From Limisphaerales bacterium (GTDB lineage Bacteria; Verrucomicrobiota; Verrucomicrobiia; Limisphaerales; SIBE01), in NCBI GenBank assembly GCA_044225505.1, contig JBGAIN010000002.1, positions 124,001-175,793 of the forward strand: DNA of 51,793 nt. The letters are read 5' to 3'. The translations under genes and the position numbers were made by a program. Under the pieces are notes generated by a model that saw nothing but the letters and a program-made list of their open reading frames with translations, was not told the origin of the DNA and did not search any database. Below, one piece after another: positions 38,644 through 48,578 of the stretch (the stretch's first letter is position 1; every line of letters begins with the position of its first letter).

Positions 38644-39561
38644 GTGAAATTAGCCGACGTGACTTCGTTCTCTCGGCGATTGGGGCGGTCTGGCATCGCT
38701 GTGTCCGCCATCGGCGTCGGGGGGCATCATATCGGCATCCCCAAAGAGGAAGCGGTCGGAATCCAAATCATACGCAGCGCAGTCGACCGTGGGATCAACT
38801 TTCTGGATAACTGCTGGGACTACCACAACGGGAACAGTGAAATTCGAATGGGCAAGGCACTGCGCGACGGTTACCGCGAACGAGTCTTCCTGATGACTAA
38901 AATCGATGGACGAACCAGAACCGCTGCGACCCAACAGATTGACCAGAGCCTGCAGCGTCTCCAAACTGATCGCATCGATCTCATGCAATTGCACGAAGTG
39001 ATTCGCCTGGAAGATCCAGATCGTGCCTTCGCAGAGAGAGGGGCCATGGAAGCCCTACAGGAGGCCAAGAAGAATGGTAAGATTCGCTATATCGGCTTTA
39101 CCGGACATAAAGACCCACTCGTGCACCTCCGGATGCTCGATCTGGCCAAGCAGCACGACTTTCAATTTGACGCCGTCCAGATGCCGCTGAACGTCATGGA
39201 CGCACACTTCCGCAGTTTTCAGCATCAAGTGCTTCCAGTGTTGGTCGAGCAAGGGATCGGTGTCTTGGGCATGAAACCCATGGCGAGCGGACACATCCTA
39301 AAGTCGAAGACAGCCACGGCCGTTGAATGTCTTCATTACGCGTTGAGCTTGCCCACGTCGACTGTGATCACAGGGATGGATAGCATGCAGGTGCTCGACC
39401 AGGCGTTGGATGCGGTGCGGGAATTTCAGCCTCTCAGTCAGGAGAATGTTTCCGCGTTGTTGGCGCGGACCGCTGAAGCAGCCCAATTTGGAGAATTCGA
39501 ACGTTTCAAAACCAACAACGAATTCGATGGCACGGCCCACCACCCGGAGTGGCTTGGTTAA
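38644..39561 (+). CDS. Aldo/keto reductase, possibly a frameshifted 5' end or pseudogene
   Basis: RRLGRSG...GVGGHHIG, DNCWDY, LMTK and IGFTGH. A strong RBS and a Tat-like SRRDF lie upstream in another frame. Confidence 0.85.
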   Translation: MKLADVTSFSRRLGRSGIAVSAIGVGGHHIGIPKEEAVGIQIIRSAVDRGINFLDNCWDYHNGNSEIRMGKALRDGYRERVFLMTKIDGRTRTAATQQIDQSLQRLQTDRIDLMQLHEVIRLEDPDRAFAERGAMEALQEAKKNGKIRYIGFTGHKDPLVHLRMLDLAKQHDFQFDAVQMPLNVMDAHFRSFQHQVLPVLVEQGIGVLGMKPMASGHILKSKTATAVECLHYALSLPTSTVITGMDSMQVLDQALDAVREFQPLSQENVSALLARTAEAAQFGEFERFKTNNEFDGTAHHPEWLG

Positions 39562-39999
39562 CGGATTATCCGTTGCAGGGGTTACCTGGACGAAAGTTCT
39601 GCCAAAACTGCAGGACGGACAGGGCTGCCAGACATCCAGGCGTGAGAGGAACCTGCTCTCGCGCAGGGCGGACAGAACTGCTGCGGTGTTTCCAGGCAAA
39701 CTCCACCGGCAAAACTGTCGGGTATCGGGATTTCAACCAACTGCTCGCGAAGCTGCCGACGCACTCGAGTCAAACGCCAGGCGGTGGTCCAGAGAATCAA
39801 CTCGGACCCGAGATAGGACAATAGCCTTTCAACGGCGCTGATCATGTTCATCGAAACTGCTCGACCGCTACCTTTTCCATACGAGCAACCTTAGCCTGGC
39901 TCTGACTTTGTGCTAATGAGGCGTGCTCTGAGATTGTTGTCAGCGTTTGTCTGACAAGCTCGACTTGCCGTTGGGGTCTGACGACGCTTCAATAGGCAC

Positions 40000-42240
40000 A
40001 TGCACCTGCTTTCACCGGGCTGGCGAATTCTGTCTGCCGCTCTCGCACTGACCCCTCAAGTCCTCGCGGCCGCCCAATTCCGCGCCGGGGCTTATGCAGT
40101 GGACGTTTCTCCCATTCAGTTCCCCGTGCGCGTCAACGCTATGTTTACGGAACGATCGGCAACCAATTTGAACNNNNNNNNNAATGTGAACGACACTTTG
40201 TATGCCAAATCCCTGGCGTTTGATGACGGTTCCGAGCGCATTGTGATGTGCGTCGTGGACTCGTGCATGGTTCCTCGGTCCCTCATCGATTCCGCCAAGG
40301 CCAAAGCCAGTGCCGCGACCGGACTTCCCGTCAATCACATGTTGGTTTCCTCCACCCACACTCACTCCGCCCCCTCCGCCATGGGGTGCCTCGGTAGCAG
40401 AGAAGATCCAAATTACGCAGCCCTTCTGCCGGAAAGGATTGCCAACTCGATCATCGGCGCGGTCCGCCGACTGGCCCCGGCACGCATCGCATGGGGGCAA
40501 ACCAACGACTGGGAGCACACGTTCAACCGTCGTTGGATTCGCCGGCCAGATCGAATTCTGACCGATCCTTTTGGGCAACCAACCGTCCGAGCCAATATGC
40601 ATCCTGGCCACCAGAGCCCGGACGTGGTCGGACCGAGCGGCCCGGTCGATCCACAATTGTCCGTGCTGGCAGTGCAGACCTTGGACGGCAGGCCATTAGC
40701 GCTTTTGGCGAACTATTCGATGCACTATTACGGATCGCCGCTACTTTCATCAGACTATTACGGCCGGTTCGCGAATTATGCGCGGCAACAACTGGGCGCA
40801 GACGACGCATTCGTCGCCATCATGTCGCAGGGGACCAGCGGAGACTTGATGTGGATGGACTACAGTGCACCGGCGCACGAGGTGGGGTATGACGCCTATG
40901 CGCGGCAGATTGCTCAACGAACAACCGCCCTAATCGCCACTCTTGCCTGGCAAGACACGGCTCCATTACATATGGCAGAGCAGTGCTTAGAACTTGGCTA
41001 TCGGTTGCCAGATCAACGCAGGCTAGCTTGGGCCGAACAAGTGCGCGCGGTTCTCGGAGATAAACTGCCTCAAACTCAGCCCGAGATTTATGCTCTCGAA
41101 GCCATCGCTCTGCACGAGCAACAACGCACCCAAGTTTTGGTTCAAGCACTCGCGATTGGGAATGTTGGAATCGCAGCGATTCCCAACGAAGTATTCGCCA
41201 TCACCGGTCTTAAGCTAAAACTGTGCAGCCCTCTCCCTGTCACATTTAGTATCGAATTAGCGAATGGCGCCGAAGGTTATATTCCTCCCCCAGAACAGCA
41301 CATTCTCGGGGGTTATACGACGTGGCCCGCCCGCACGGCCGGACTGGAAGCAGGCGCCGAATCGCGCATCGTTGAAACGGCCTTATCCCTCCTTGAGAAA
41401 GTTTCAGGAAAACCACGCCAAGTTCCTGTGGCGCCGAGCGGTCCCTACGCGCTCGCGGTTCTAGAAGCAAAACCAATGGCGTATTGGCGACTCGAGGAAC
41501 TGGCGCCGCCGATCGCGCACAACGCCGTGGCAAATAAATTCTATGGCGCTCTGGAAGGTCCGATGGCGTTCTACTTGCCCGGTGTCGATGGACGCCTTGG
41601 TTTTCAGCCAACGGAGCCTCTCGCGTTAAACGCCTTTTCTGGATCGCAGATCAACCGCTCTTTGCATCTGGCGGGAGGATTCATTACCGCCCAACTCCCG
41701 CTCCAGAGCTCTTTCTCGGTCGAATTCTGGATTTGGAACGGCTTGCCTTCCGACGCACGCCCGATCACCGGGATTCTCTTGGCTGAGCAACCCCAGGAGA
41801 CGCCAGCGATGGGGCCCGTCGGTCTAGGCATCGGTGGCACAGCGCAGCTCGACAGTGCTGGTTGCCTGTTTATGGGGGACTTTGGCCGGACGGAAACTTG
41901 GCGCATTGGCACACGGCGGCTCGAACGGCAGTCCTGGCACCACGTTGTTTATGTCCGTCAACGAGAGGAATTGCGCGTTTACCTGGACGGAGACCCAAAT
42001 GCCGATATCTCAACGCCAATGACTCTACCGGTTTTCGACGGGAATCGAAGTTTCTTCTTCGGAGGCTTCGAGCGAAACGGGTTTAATCTCGAAGGCAAAC
42101 TCGACGAAATCTCCATTTACGGGCGCGCCCTCTCTTCGGGTGAAATATCGTCCCACTACGCGGCAGCCGCCCTACACCGGGCGCCGACCTCCAACGAACA
42201 GAAGTCAGACCAAGCTCCGAAACTTGACTCCAAACGCTAA
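40000..42240 (+). CDS. Neutral/alkaline ceramidase-like hydrolase fused to a LamG (concanavalin A-like) domain
   Basis: STHTHSAP, ANYSMH, QGTSGD and ELANGAEGYIP; C-terminal YWRLEE, WHHVV and GKLDEISIY. Spans a 9-N gap. Confidence 0.82.
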   Translation: MHLLSPGWRILSAALALTPQVLAAAQFRAGAYAVDVSPIQFPVRVNAMFTERSATNLNXXXNVNDTLYAKSLAFDDGSERIVMCVVDSCMVPRSLIDSAKAKASAATGLPVNHMLVSSTHTHSAPSAMGCLGSREDPNYAALLPERIANSIIGAVRRLAPARIAWGQTNDWEHTFNRRWIRRPDRILTDPFGQPTVRANMHPGHQSPDVVGPSGPVDPQLSVLAVQTLDGRPLALLANYSMHYYGSPLLSSDYYGRFANYARQQLGADDAFVAIMSQGTSGDLMWMDYSAPAHEVGYDAYARQIAQRTTALIATLAWQDTAPLHMAEQCLELGYRLPDQRRLAWAEQVRAVLGDKLPQTQPEIYALEAIALHEQQRTQVLVQALAIGNVGIAAIPNEVFAITGLKLKLCSPLPVTFSIELANGAEGYIPPPEQHILGGYTTWPARTAGLEAGAESRIVETALSLLEKVSGKPRQVPVAPSGPYALAVLEAKPMAYWRLEELAPPIAHNAVANKFYGALEGPMAFYLPGVDGRLGFQPTEPLALNAFSGSQINRSLHLAGGFITAQLPLQSSFSVEFWIWNGLPSDARPITGILLAEQPQETPAMGPVGLGIGGTAQLDSAGCLFMGDFGRTETWRIGTRRLERQSWHHVVYVRQREELRVYLDGDPNADISTPMTLPVFDGNRSFFFGGFERNGFNLEGKLDEISIYGRALSSGEISSHYAAAALHRAPTSNEQKSDQAPKLDSKR
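40174..40182. other. Assembly/scaffold gap (9 N)
   Basis: Run of N flanked by near-duplicate aatttgaac and aatgtgaac. Confidence 0.95.
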
Positions 42241-42257
42241 TCAAGCAGTCTGAGGCA

Positions 42258-44309
42258 ATGAAGCCACACTTGTTGTCCTCTCGCCGAGCATTCTCCTGCT
42301 TCCGACTCGTTGAATTCCGTGGGAAGCTTCGCGTGTGGCTGGTCGCTACGGCAGTCCTAGGCAAACTCGTTAGCGCATCTCTTAGTGCCGCTCCCGCCAC
42401 CCCGGTCAGTACAGAATCACTGCTCGACGATATGACGGGAATCGCTGGAATGGCTGAGTTCCCAAGCCCGGGCTACACCGCCAAGCAGTTTTCCTCCTAC
42501 GACCGCAAGTCGAAGTCACCCAGTGAAGAGTGGTTTGCCAATGGCGACGCTGGGCAGTTCCTGCGAACAGAAACTCGTGGTCAACGCACTGAATACGTCC
42601 TGATGGACGCCGCGGGTCCCGGAGCGATCACACGGATCTGGTCCGCAAATCCTGAGGGAACCCTGCGTATCTACATCGATGAGTCCGTTACTCCAGCCTT
42701 GGAAGCTCCAATGTCCGAGCTGTTAGGTGGAAAATTTCCGGGCCTGCCTCGACCGATTGCGGGAGAATACAGCAAAGGTTGGAACCTCTATTTTCCCATT
42801 GCTTACACGAAACACTGCAAAGTGACGAGTGACCGCGGGGGATTTTACTATCACGTCAACTACCGCGCCTACGAGGCTGGGACAACTGTTCGATCGTTCA
42901 CGATGTCACAGCTGAACAGTCTCAAGCCGAAAATTTCCACCCTAGAAACGCAGCTCGCTAACCCCCGAGGAAATGAAGAAAACCTTGGCGGCGAGAGCCA
43001 GGACTTCCAGATGGAAGTTGGTCCGGGCGAGTCGGTTCAAGAATCGTTCGAAGGATCCAAGGCTTTTACACGTGCCCTCGTCAAGGTTGCCAGTCCCAAG
43101 CTGGAGATGGCATTGAGAAGCATTATTGTTCGAATTACGTTTGATGGTGAACGCTGCATCGATGCTCCCTTAGGAGACCTCTTCGGAAGTGCTCCAGGGT
43201 TGAATGCCTTCAGCACATTGCCTCTAGGAATGACGAAAGACGGCGAGATGTACTGGCATTGGTTTATGCCGTTCAGGCGCTCAGCCGTTATCGAACTTCA
43301 CAATTTTGGCTCAGAGAGCGCCACGCTCTCTGGCTCCATCGCGCTACGCGACTACGACTGGACGGAACGATCGATGCACTTCCACGCCAAATGGCGGACT
43401 GAATTTGACGTACCTACCCGCCCCATGCGCGATTGGAATTATCTTACTGCCAAAGGCCAGGGAGTATTTGCGGGCGTGAGCTTCAGCATCGACAATCCAG
43501 TTAAACAGTGGTGGGGCGAAGGGGACGAGAAAATCTATGTCGATGGTGAAAAATTCCCCAGCCACTTTGGCACCGGGACAGAAGATTACTTTGGATATGC
43601 GTGGTGCTGGCCTGCCACGTTTACTCATGCCTATCACTCTCAACCGCGGTGCGATGGCCCGGGCAACTATGGTCGAACGAGCGTCAATCGATTTCATATC
43701 CTCGATCGCATTCCGTTCAAAAGCGATTTCAAGTTTGATATGGAGCTTTGGCACTGGAATGAGACCTGCCGCGTAAATATGGCTGTCGTTGCTTATTGGT
43801 ACGCGCGTCCCGGAGCAACAGACGCATTCCCAGCCATCGAAGCCCAAGACACCCGCCTGCGTCCGATCGCTGATTATGTTGTCCCAAAAGTTTCAGGCGC
43901 GTTAGAGGGTGAGGAACTGAAAATTACCCAGGTCAAGGGAAACGCTGAACCCCAGGATTGGGATGACACAAGCAACGGCCGACATCTCTGGTGGCATGCG
44001 GGAATGAACCCCGGAGATTCTCTAGTTCTCAGTTTCCCAGCCCCAAAAACCGGCCGCTACGAAGTATTCGGACGATTTTTAACGGCCAGAGATTATGGAA
44101 TTCACCAGCTATCGATCAATGGAACTCCGGCGGGTTCGCCGCGCGATTTTTACAGCCCGGACGTCAAGCCAACCGACGAAATTAGTCTCGGGACTTTCGA
44201 TCTCCGCGAAGGCCTAAACAGTCTCAACATCACGGTGGTTGGTGCTAACGAAAAAGCTCAGAAAGCCTACATGTTTGGTTTGGACTACTTACGACTTCGA
44301 GCCAAGTAG
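42258..44309 (+). CDS. DUF2961 / glycoside hydrolase family 172 protein with C-terminal beta-sandwich domain
   Basis: QFSSYDR, GPGAITRIW, WWGEGDEKIYVDG and GTGTEDYFGYAW; signal peptide. Confidence 0.88.
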   Translation: MKPHLLSSRRAFSCFRLVEFRGKLRVWLVATAVLGKLVSASLSAAPATPVSTESLLDDMTGIAGMAEFPSPGYTAKQFSSYDRKSKSPSEEWFANGDAGQFLRTETRGQRTEYVLMDAAGPGAITRIWSANPEGTLRIYIDESVTPALEAPMSELLGGKFPGLPRPIAGEYSKGWNLYFPIAYTKHCKVTSDRGGFYYHVNYRAYEAGTTVRSFTMSQLNSLKPKISTLETQLANPRGNEENLGGESQDFQMEVGPGESVQESFEGSKAFTRALVKVASPKLEMALRSIIVRITFDGERCIDAPLGDLFGSAPGLNAFSTLPLGMTKDGEMYWHWFMPFRRSAVIELHNFGSESATLSGSIALRDYDWTERSMHFHAKWRTEFDVPTRPMRDWNYLTAKGQGVFAGVSFSIDNPVKQWWGEGDEKIYVDGEKFPSHFGTGTEDYFGYAWCWPATFTHAYHSQPRCDGPGNYGRTSVNRFHILDRIPFKSDFKFDMELWHWNETCRVNMAVVAYWYARPGATDAFPAIEAQDTRLRPIADYVVPKVSGALEGEELKITQVKGNAEPQDWDDTSNGRHLWWHAGMNPGDSLVLSFPAPKTGRYEVFGRFLTARDYGIHQLSINGTPAGSPRDFYSPDVKPTDEISLGTFDLREGLNSLNITVVGANEKAQKAYMFGLDYLRLRAK

Positions 44310-44386
44310 AACTCCCCGGGAAATCGGCTGGCGTTGCAGTTCTCAAAGCAACGCCAGCACCGGACGAGCCCCCCACAGTGGCGCCG

Positions 44387-44572
44387 TTATTTTCCAAAGA
44401 CCTTTTCCACCTCGCCGACCTTCTTCTGGACTTTCCCAGCCACTTCGTCAGCTTTTCCTTCGCGTTCGAGTTCGCGATTCGCAGTCACAACGCCAGCCGC
44501 TCTCTTTAGCTTGCCTTTGATATTCCGCGCTGCGCCTTCAACTTGATCTTGGGTGCTTTGTCGTGCTTTCAT
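44387..44572 (-). CDS. csbD: CsbD-family general stress protein
   Basis: 61 aa, DQVEG...KGKLK...G...LEREGKADEVAGKVQKKVG. Confidence 0.9.
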   Translation of the reverse strand: MKARQSTQDQVEGAARNIKGKLKRAAGVVTANRELEREGKADEVAGKVQKKVGEVEKVFGK

Positions 44573-44677
44573 GAAGGATCCTACTCAATTAAGGCACGCC
44601 GCGAAATCGAGCACCGCCCTGAAACTTGCCCGAGGGACGTCCCGATTGGGTCCGTGTGTCAGGCCAACGGGTCCGGA

Positions 44678-45676
44678 TTAGTTTCCTTTCACAATCCAAC
44701 CGACTTTGACTTCTTCCGCGCCAGCGTAGCTCGCTTTGCTGCGGTCATCCTGGACATTATCCAAAGTTACTTCCCCAGCGGCTTTTTCCTCTGTAAAAAC
44801 CACCGTTCCTTTATCGTCTTTGATCTCAACAGCTTCAAAAAGCTTTAACTTGTCGCCCGCTTTAAATCCCTGCTTGCTGCCGAGCGAAACGATCACCGTG
44901 GTCTTGTTTACAACCGCCAAGACTTTTCCTGGTGTTTGCTTGAGAGCGCTGGAAACGGCCTGGATTTCACTTTGCTGCTTCTGCACGATTTGAGCTTTGC
45001 TCTGGCTTCTCCCGGAGGCCGGTAAATCGACGTTTCCGACATCCGCAATGATCGTATTTACGGCTTTCACGGTCGCCTTCCCCAATGCGCTGTTCATAAA
45101 CTCATGGTTATCGAACCCAATGTTTCCTCCGCGCCCTCCAATATTGGCACCGATATCGAAACCGGCACCTTTTTGTGAAGCGACCGCTTGCCCGGTTTTG
45201 ATCACCCGCCGGTTGAAAACGTCAACGATCCGCCAATCGATGCGAACGTCCGATGTGGTGAGTTTGACTCCGAGATTGCCGAGATTCCCAGGAACAAACC
45301 CGCCTAAGCCGACGCCTTTTTGATTGGATCCAAACCGCGTCACTTTACCGCGAAACATGAAATCGGCGCCGGACCACCCCCCTTTTTCGACTTTTTCCTG
45401 ATCATTCACATATCCCGCCTCACCCAGCTTGATTTCATCGGCGAGTTCCTTTAGGGCGGTGGATTCCACCACTTGAAATTTGCCAATCCGGCCGAGCTCC
45501 GTAACGAGCATTTCCGCCAGCCCTTCACCCAGCGCTGGCTGCCACCCCATCACTTGAGTTGCATCTCCATCCAAGGGCGCAACAAAGATTGTTGGCACAG
45601 ACTTTTGTCCGGTGTTCTGTGCTGTAAGACTAAAGGCGAAACCTAAACTGAAGAGAACTGCTGCCACTCTTTTCAT
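44678..45676 (-). CDS. CsgG/HfaB-family secreted protein with FlgT-like C-terminal domain
   Basis: Signal peptide; GLAEMLVTEL...KFQVVE, GKVTRFG, DWRIVDV and C-terminal LGSKQGFKAGD. Confidence 0.8.
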   Translation of the reverse strand: MKRVAAVLFSLGFAFSLTAQNTGQKSVPTIFVAPLDGDATQVMGWQPALGEGLAEMLVTELGRIGKFQVVESTALKELADEIKLGEAGYVNDQEKVEKGGWSGADFMFRGKVTRFGSNQKGVGLGGFVPGNLGNLGVKLTTSDVRIDWRIVDVFNRRVIKTGQAVASQKGAGFDIGANIGGRGGNIGFDNHEFMNSALGKATVKAVNTIIADVGNVDLPASGRSQSKAQIVQKQQSEIQAVSSALKQTPGKVLAVVNKTTVIVSLGSKQGFKAGDKLKLFEAVEIKDDKGTVVFTEEKAAGEVTLDNVQDDRSKASYAGAEEVKVGWIVKGN

Positions 45677-45709
45677 AGTTCGAACATGCAAAAGCGTGAG
45701 AGACAGGTA

Positions 45710-45750
45710 AAGAATAAATGATCACCCTCGCACGAAAAGTGCGAGGGTGA
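45710..45750 (-). terminator. Intrinsic terminator-like hairpin
   Basis: Perfect 12-bp stem tcaccctcgcac / gtgcgagggtga, followed on the minus strand by TCATTTATTCTTT. Confidence 0.65.
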
Positions 45751-45782
45751 AATCAAACCGAGACTAGCCAACCACTTGACGC

Positions 45783-45908
45783 TTACTGCGCTGGCGCGTT
45801 GGTGGCCGGAGAATTGGTGCTCGCCGGCGCGGATGACATCGAATCATCCGACTTACTGCAGCCCGCTAGAAAAACCAAGAGTGGAACCAGCATTAGGATT
45901 TTTTTCAT
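45783..45908 (-). CDS. Small 41-aa lipoprotein (not in the ORF track)
   Basis: MKKILMLVPLLVFLAGCSKSDDSMSSAPASTNSPATNAPAQ; GAGGA RBS, LAGC lipobox and downstream terminator. Confidence 0.8.
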   Translation of the reverse strand: MKKILMLVPLLVFLAGCSKSDDSMSSAPASTNSPATNAPAQ

Positions 45909-46042
45909 GTTTTTATTCCTCGACCTATTGTGAGTCAAAGTCTAGCGGCGTCCGGTCGAACGTCAAGTGACGATCGCCCCGTTTCCTTCCCAAGCCTTTG
46001 CGAATACAGCAGCTGCATCGCCGGAGACTATCCTGGAGATCA

Positions 46043-48361
46043 CTAAGCTACCCGGTTCGCTCTCCCAAAAAGCAGGCGCAAGCTGTTCATGACCACCAAA
46101 ACGGTGCTTCCCTCATGTCCCACGACTCCGAGCGTTAGCGGAATATGGCCAGCCAAAGCGAAACACACCAGAAGGACGACCGTTCCCAGGGAAACCACCA
46201 AGTTTTGGCGAATGACGCGACGAGCCCGCTGGCTTAAACGGAAAGCCTCGAGAAAGTTCTCGAGTCGATCATGCATCAACACCACATCCGCCTGTTCCAA
46301 GGCCGCATCCGATCCGCGGGCACCCATTGCCACGCCGATATGCGCCGCAGCCAGGCTCGGCGCATCATTCACGCCATCACCCACCATCGCTACGCGGTCG
46401 CCGCCCTGGGTGAGCAACTGGATCGCTGCAACCTTATCCTCCGGCCTCAGCTCTGCTCGAACCTCGTCCAAGTCTAGCTGCCGCTTTAAAAATTCCGCGG
46501 ACGCTCGTCGGTCACCGGTCAAGACGACTGTCCCCAGTCCAAGATTACGCAACCGTCCGACCACTTCGCGCGCTTGAGATCGAACGTCGTCGCGCAGGAT
46601 GATTCTTCCAAGGAGATTCGTTCCCCCGAGCCAGATCTCCGAGCAACCCGTCTCAGCAGCAGCTACGCTTCCCGCAAGCGAATGAGGAAGAACCTGCGCT
46701 AACCAGTCTCTTTTACCGAGAGCAAAAGTTTCATCCCCGCGCCGCGCCCGTAGCCCTTGTCCTGTCACCGACTCAAATTGGTCGAGCGTGAGCGCTGAGA
46801 ATTGATTCTGCTTGCCGTACCGAGTGACGGCCCGAGCTAGCGGGTGCATGGAAAGACGCTCCATTGAATAGGCCAACATAGCCACGTCAGCTTCGCGTCC
46901 AGGCGGAAAGCTTTCAATTCGCTCAACCCGAAGTTCCCCAGTGGTAAGGGTGCCCGTCTTGTCCAAGGCGACTTTAGTAATCGAAGCTAGTTTCTCTACG
47001 GCCGCTCCGCCACGAAAAAGAATGCCATGTCTTGCTCCCCAGGCGATGGCTGCCAAAACCGCTGACGGGATTGAGAGAACCAAAGCGCACGGAGAAGCCA
47101 CCACCAACAAAGTCATGGTGCGATAGAAAGCGCTTTTCTGCCCACCGACCGCTTCGAAGGCTGGCAACTGAAATCCTATCCACCACACAAAAAACATGCA
47201 GCTTGAGAGCCCCAGAACCAAGTAGGTGTACCACGCTCCAAACCGGTCTGTGAATTGCTGGGATGGCGCTTTTTGGTGCTGAGCTTCTTTAATCAGCCGA
47301 ATGATCTTCTGCAGCGAGCTTTCGCTCGCCGGACGAGTCACCGTCACTTCAACAACACCCCATAAATTCAGAGTCCCGGCCAAGACAGGGTCCCCGATCG
47401 CCTTATCCACGGGAATCGCTTCACCGGTCAGGTTCGATTCGTCACTCGCTGTCTGGCCCTTGGTGATTTCCCCGTCTACCGGGAACTGAGCATCAGGTCG
47501 GATGAGCAAACGCATCCCAGCTCGGAGATCTTCAACCGGCGTGTCATGCTCGAGCCCAGCAGCATCAAGCACAGTCGCGGATTTGGGAGCATCGCGAAAT
47601 AATGCGCGAATCTCCCGTTGCGTTCGCCCCAACGCGTAGTGTTCCAACGCTCCGGAAAGGGAGAACAAAAATAAAAGCATCGCCCCTTCGCCCCAAGCAC
47701 CGATGCTAGCGCTTCCCACCGCCACCGCCAGCATCAGGAAGTGCACATCAATCGCTCGTTGCCGCAGGCGTTCCCAAACCTCCTCCGACACAAACCACGC
47801 GCCCGCCAGGTAAGCGAGGAGATAAGCGCCCAGTGACCATCGATTGGCTCCAAGCGCATATCCTACAGTCCCAAAAACGCCGCAAAGCAACGCCGCCGCC
47901 AGTTGCGCTTTCCATTCGTCGAAATGCTCAGGTTCTTCAAAAAACGGAACTTCGCGCTGCACCACTTTCGGCCAAGGCACATCCTGCCAACGCCAAAACT
48001 TTGGAGCCGTCGGACACGTGACCCTCGCGATGGTCAAGGCTCCGCCATGCCGCTCGATCTGAATCTTCTTCTCCCCGACCGGATTGAGCGGCCTCCCGCA
48101 CGATTGGCAATCTCCTGCCGCATTGGCCACACAACACAATGTCCCGGTGGCATCGCTTTCCGCCTCACGCACGGTGTCGGCAATTCTCTCGTTGAGATGA
48201 GAATTGGTCGTTCGACCGAGCGTCGCGACGGAAATCGCCTTACGTGAAACATCAATTGAAACGGCCTCCAAACCAGGTTCCTGACGAAGCGCGTCCGCCA
48301 TGGATCTTGCCAAGCAGTGCGGCTCTTGGGGGGACGGACGGATTGGATCCGGTTCGGACAT
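46043..48361 (-). CDS. Heavy-metal P1B-type ATPase (P1B-4-like, SPC motif)
   Basis: LTGE, VASPCAL, DKTGTLT, HP, GDGVNDAP and HEGST. Confidence 0.95.
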   Translation of the reverse strand: MSEPDPIRPSPQEPHCLARSMADALRQEPGLEAVSIDVSRKAISVATLGRTTNSHLNERIADTVREAESDATGTLCCVANAAGDCQSCGRPLNPVGEKKIQIERHGGALTIARVTCPTAPKFWRWQDVPWPKVVQREVPFFEEPEHFDEWKAQLAAALLCGVFGTVGYALGANRWSLGAYLLAYLAGAWFVSEEVWERLRQRAIDVHFLMLAVAVGSASIGAWGEGAMLLFLFSLSGALEHYALGRTQREIRALFRDAPKSATVLDAAGLEHDTPVEDLRAGMRLLIRPDAQFPVDGEITKGQTASDESNLTGEAIPVDKAIGDPVLAGTLNLWGVVEVTVTRPASESSLQKIIRLIKEAQHQKAPSQQFTDRFGAWYTYLVLGLSSCMFFVWWIGFQLPAFEAVGGQKSAFYRTMTLLVVASPCALVLSIPSAVLAAIAWGARHGILFRGGAAVEKLASITKVALDKTGTLTTGELRVERIESFPPGREADVAMLAYSMERLSMHPLARAVTRYGKQNQFSALTLDQFESVTGQGLRARRGDETFALGKRDWLAQVLPHSLAGSVAAAETGCSEIWLGGTNLLGRIILRDDVRSQAREVVGRLRNLGLGTVVLTGDRRASAEFLKRQLDLDEVRAELRPEDKVAAIQLLTQGGDRVAMVGDGVNDAPSLAAAHIGVAMGARGSDAALEQADVVLMHDRLENFLEAFRLSQRARRVIRQNLVVSLGTVVLLVCFALAGHIPLTLGVVGHEGSTVLVVMNSLRLLFGRANRVA

Positions 48362-48578
48362 ATGCTGGCGCCAATATCCCGTGTCGATACCGAGAAAACA
48401 AGAGGAACGTCTCGCCTCTGCAGAAACGAGGAGGGCGGGACGAAAGGGTAAGGGAAACCCTTATGGACAATACTTGTTTACGAGCGAACACGATTAGGTG
48501 TGCACCCAATTGTGAACATCGGGCGAACCGCCTAGTTTGCTGACGCCAGAGCAAATTAGGCGAAGAAGACGACAATAT

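Noticed and set aside
39582..39851. 89-aa minus-strand ORF in the gap after the aldo/keto reductase
   Set aside because: It could be real, but it has no recognisable motif, so there is not enough support to call it.
44678..45676. Curli secretion system
   Set aside because: There are no csgA/B/E/F genes nearby and the CsgG-like protein has no lipobox.
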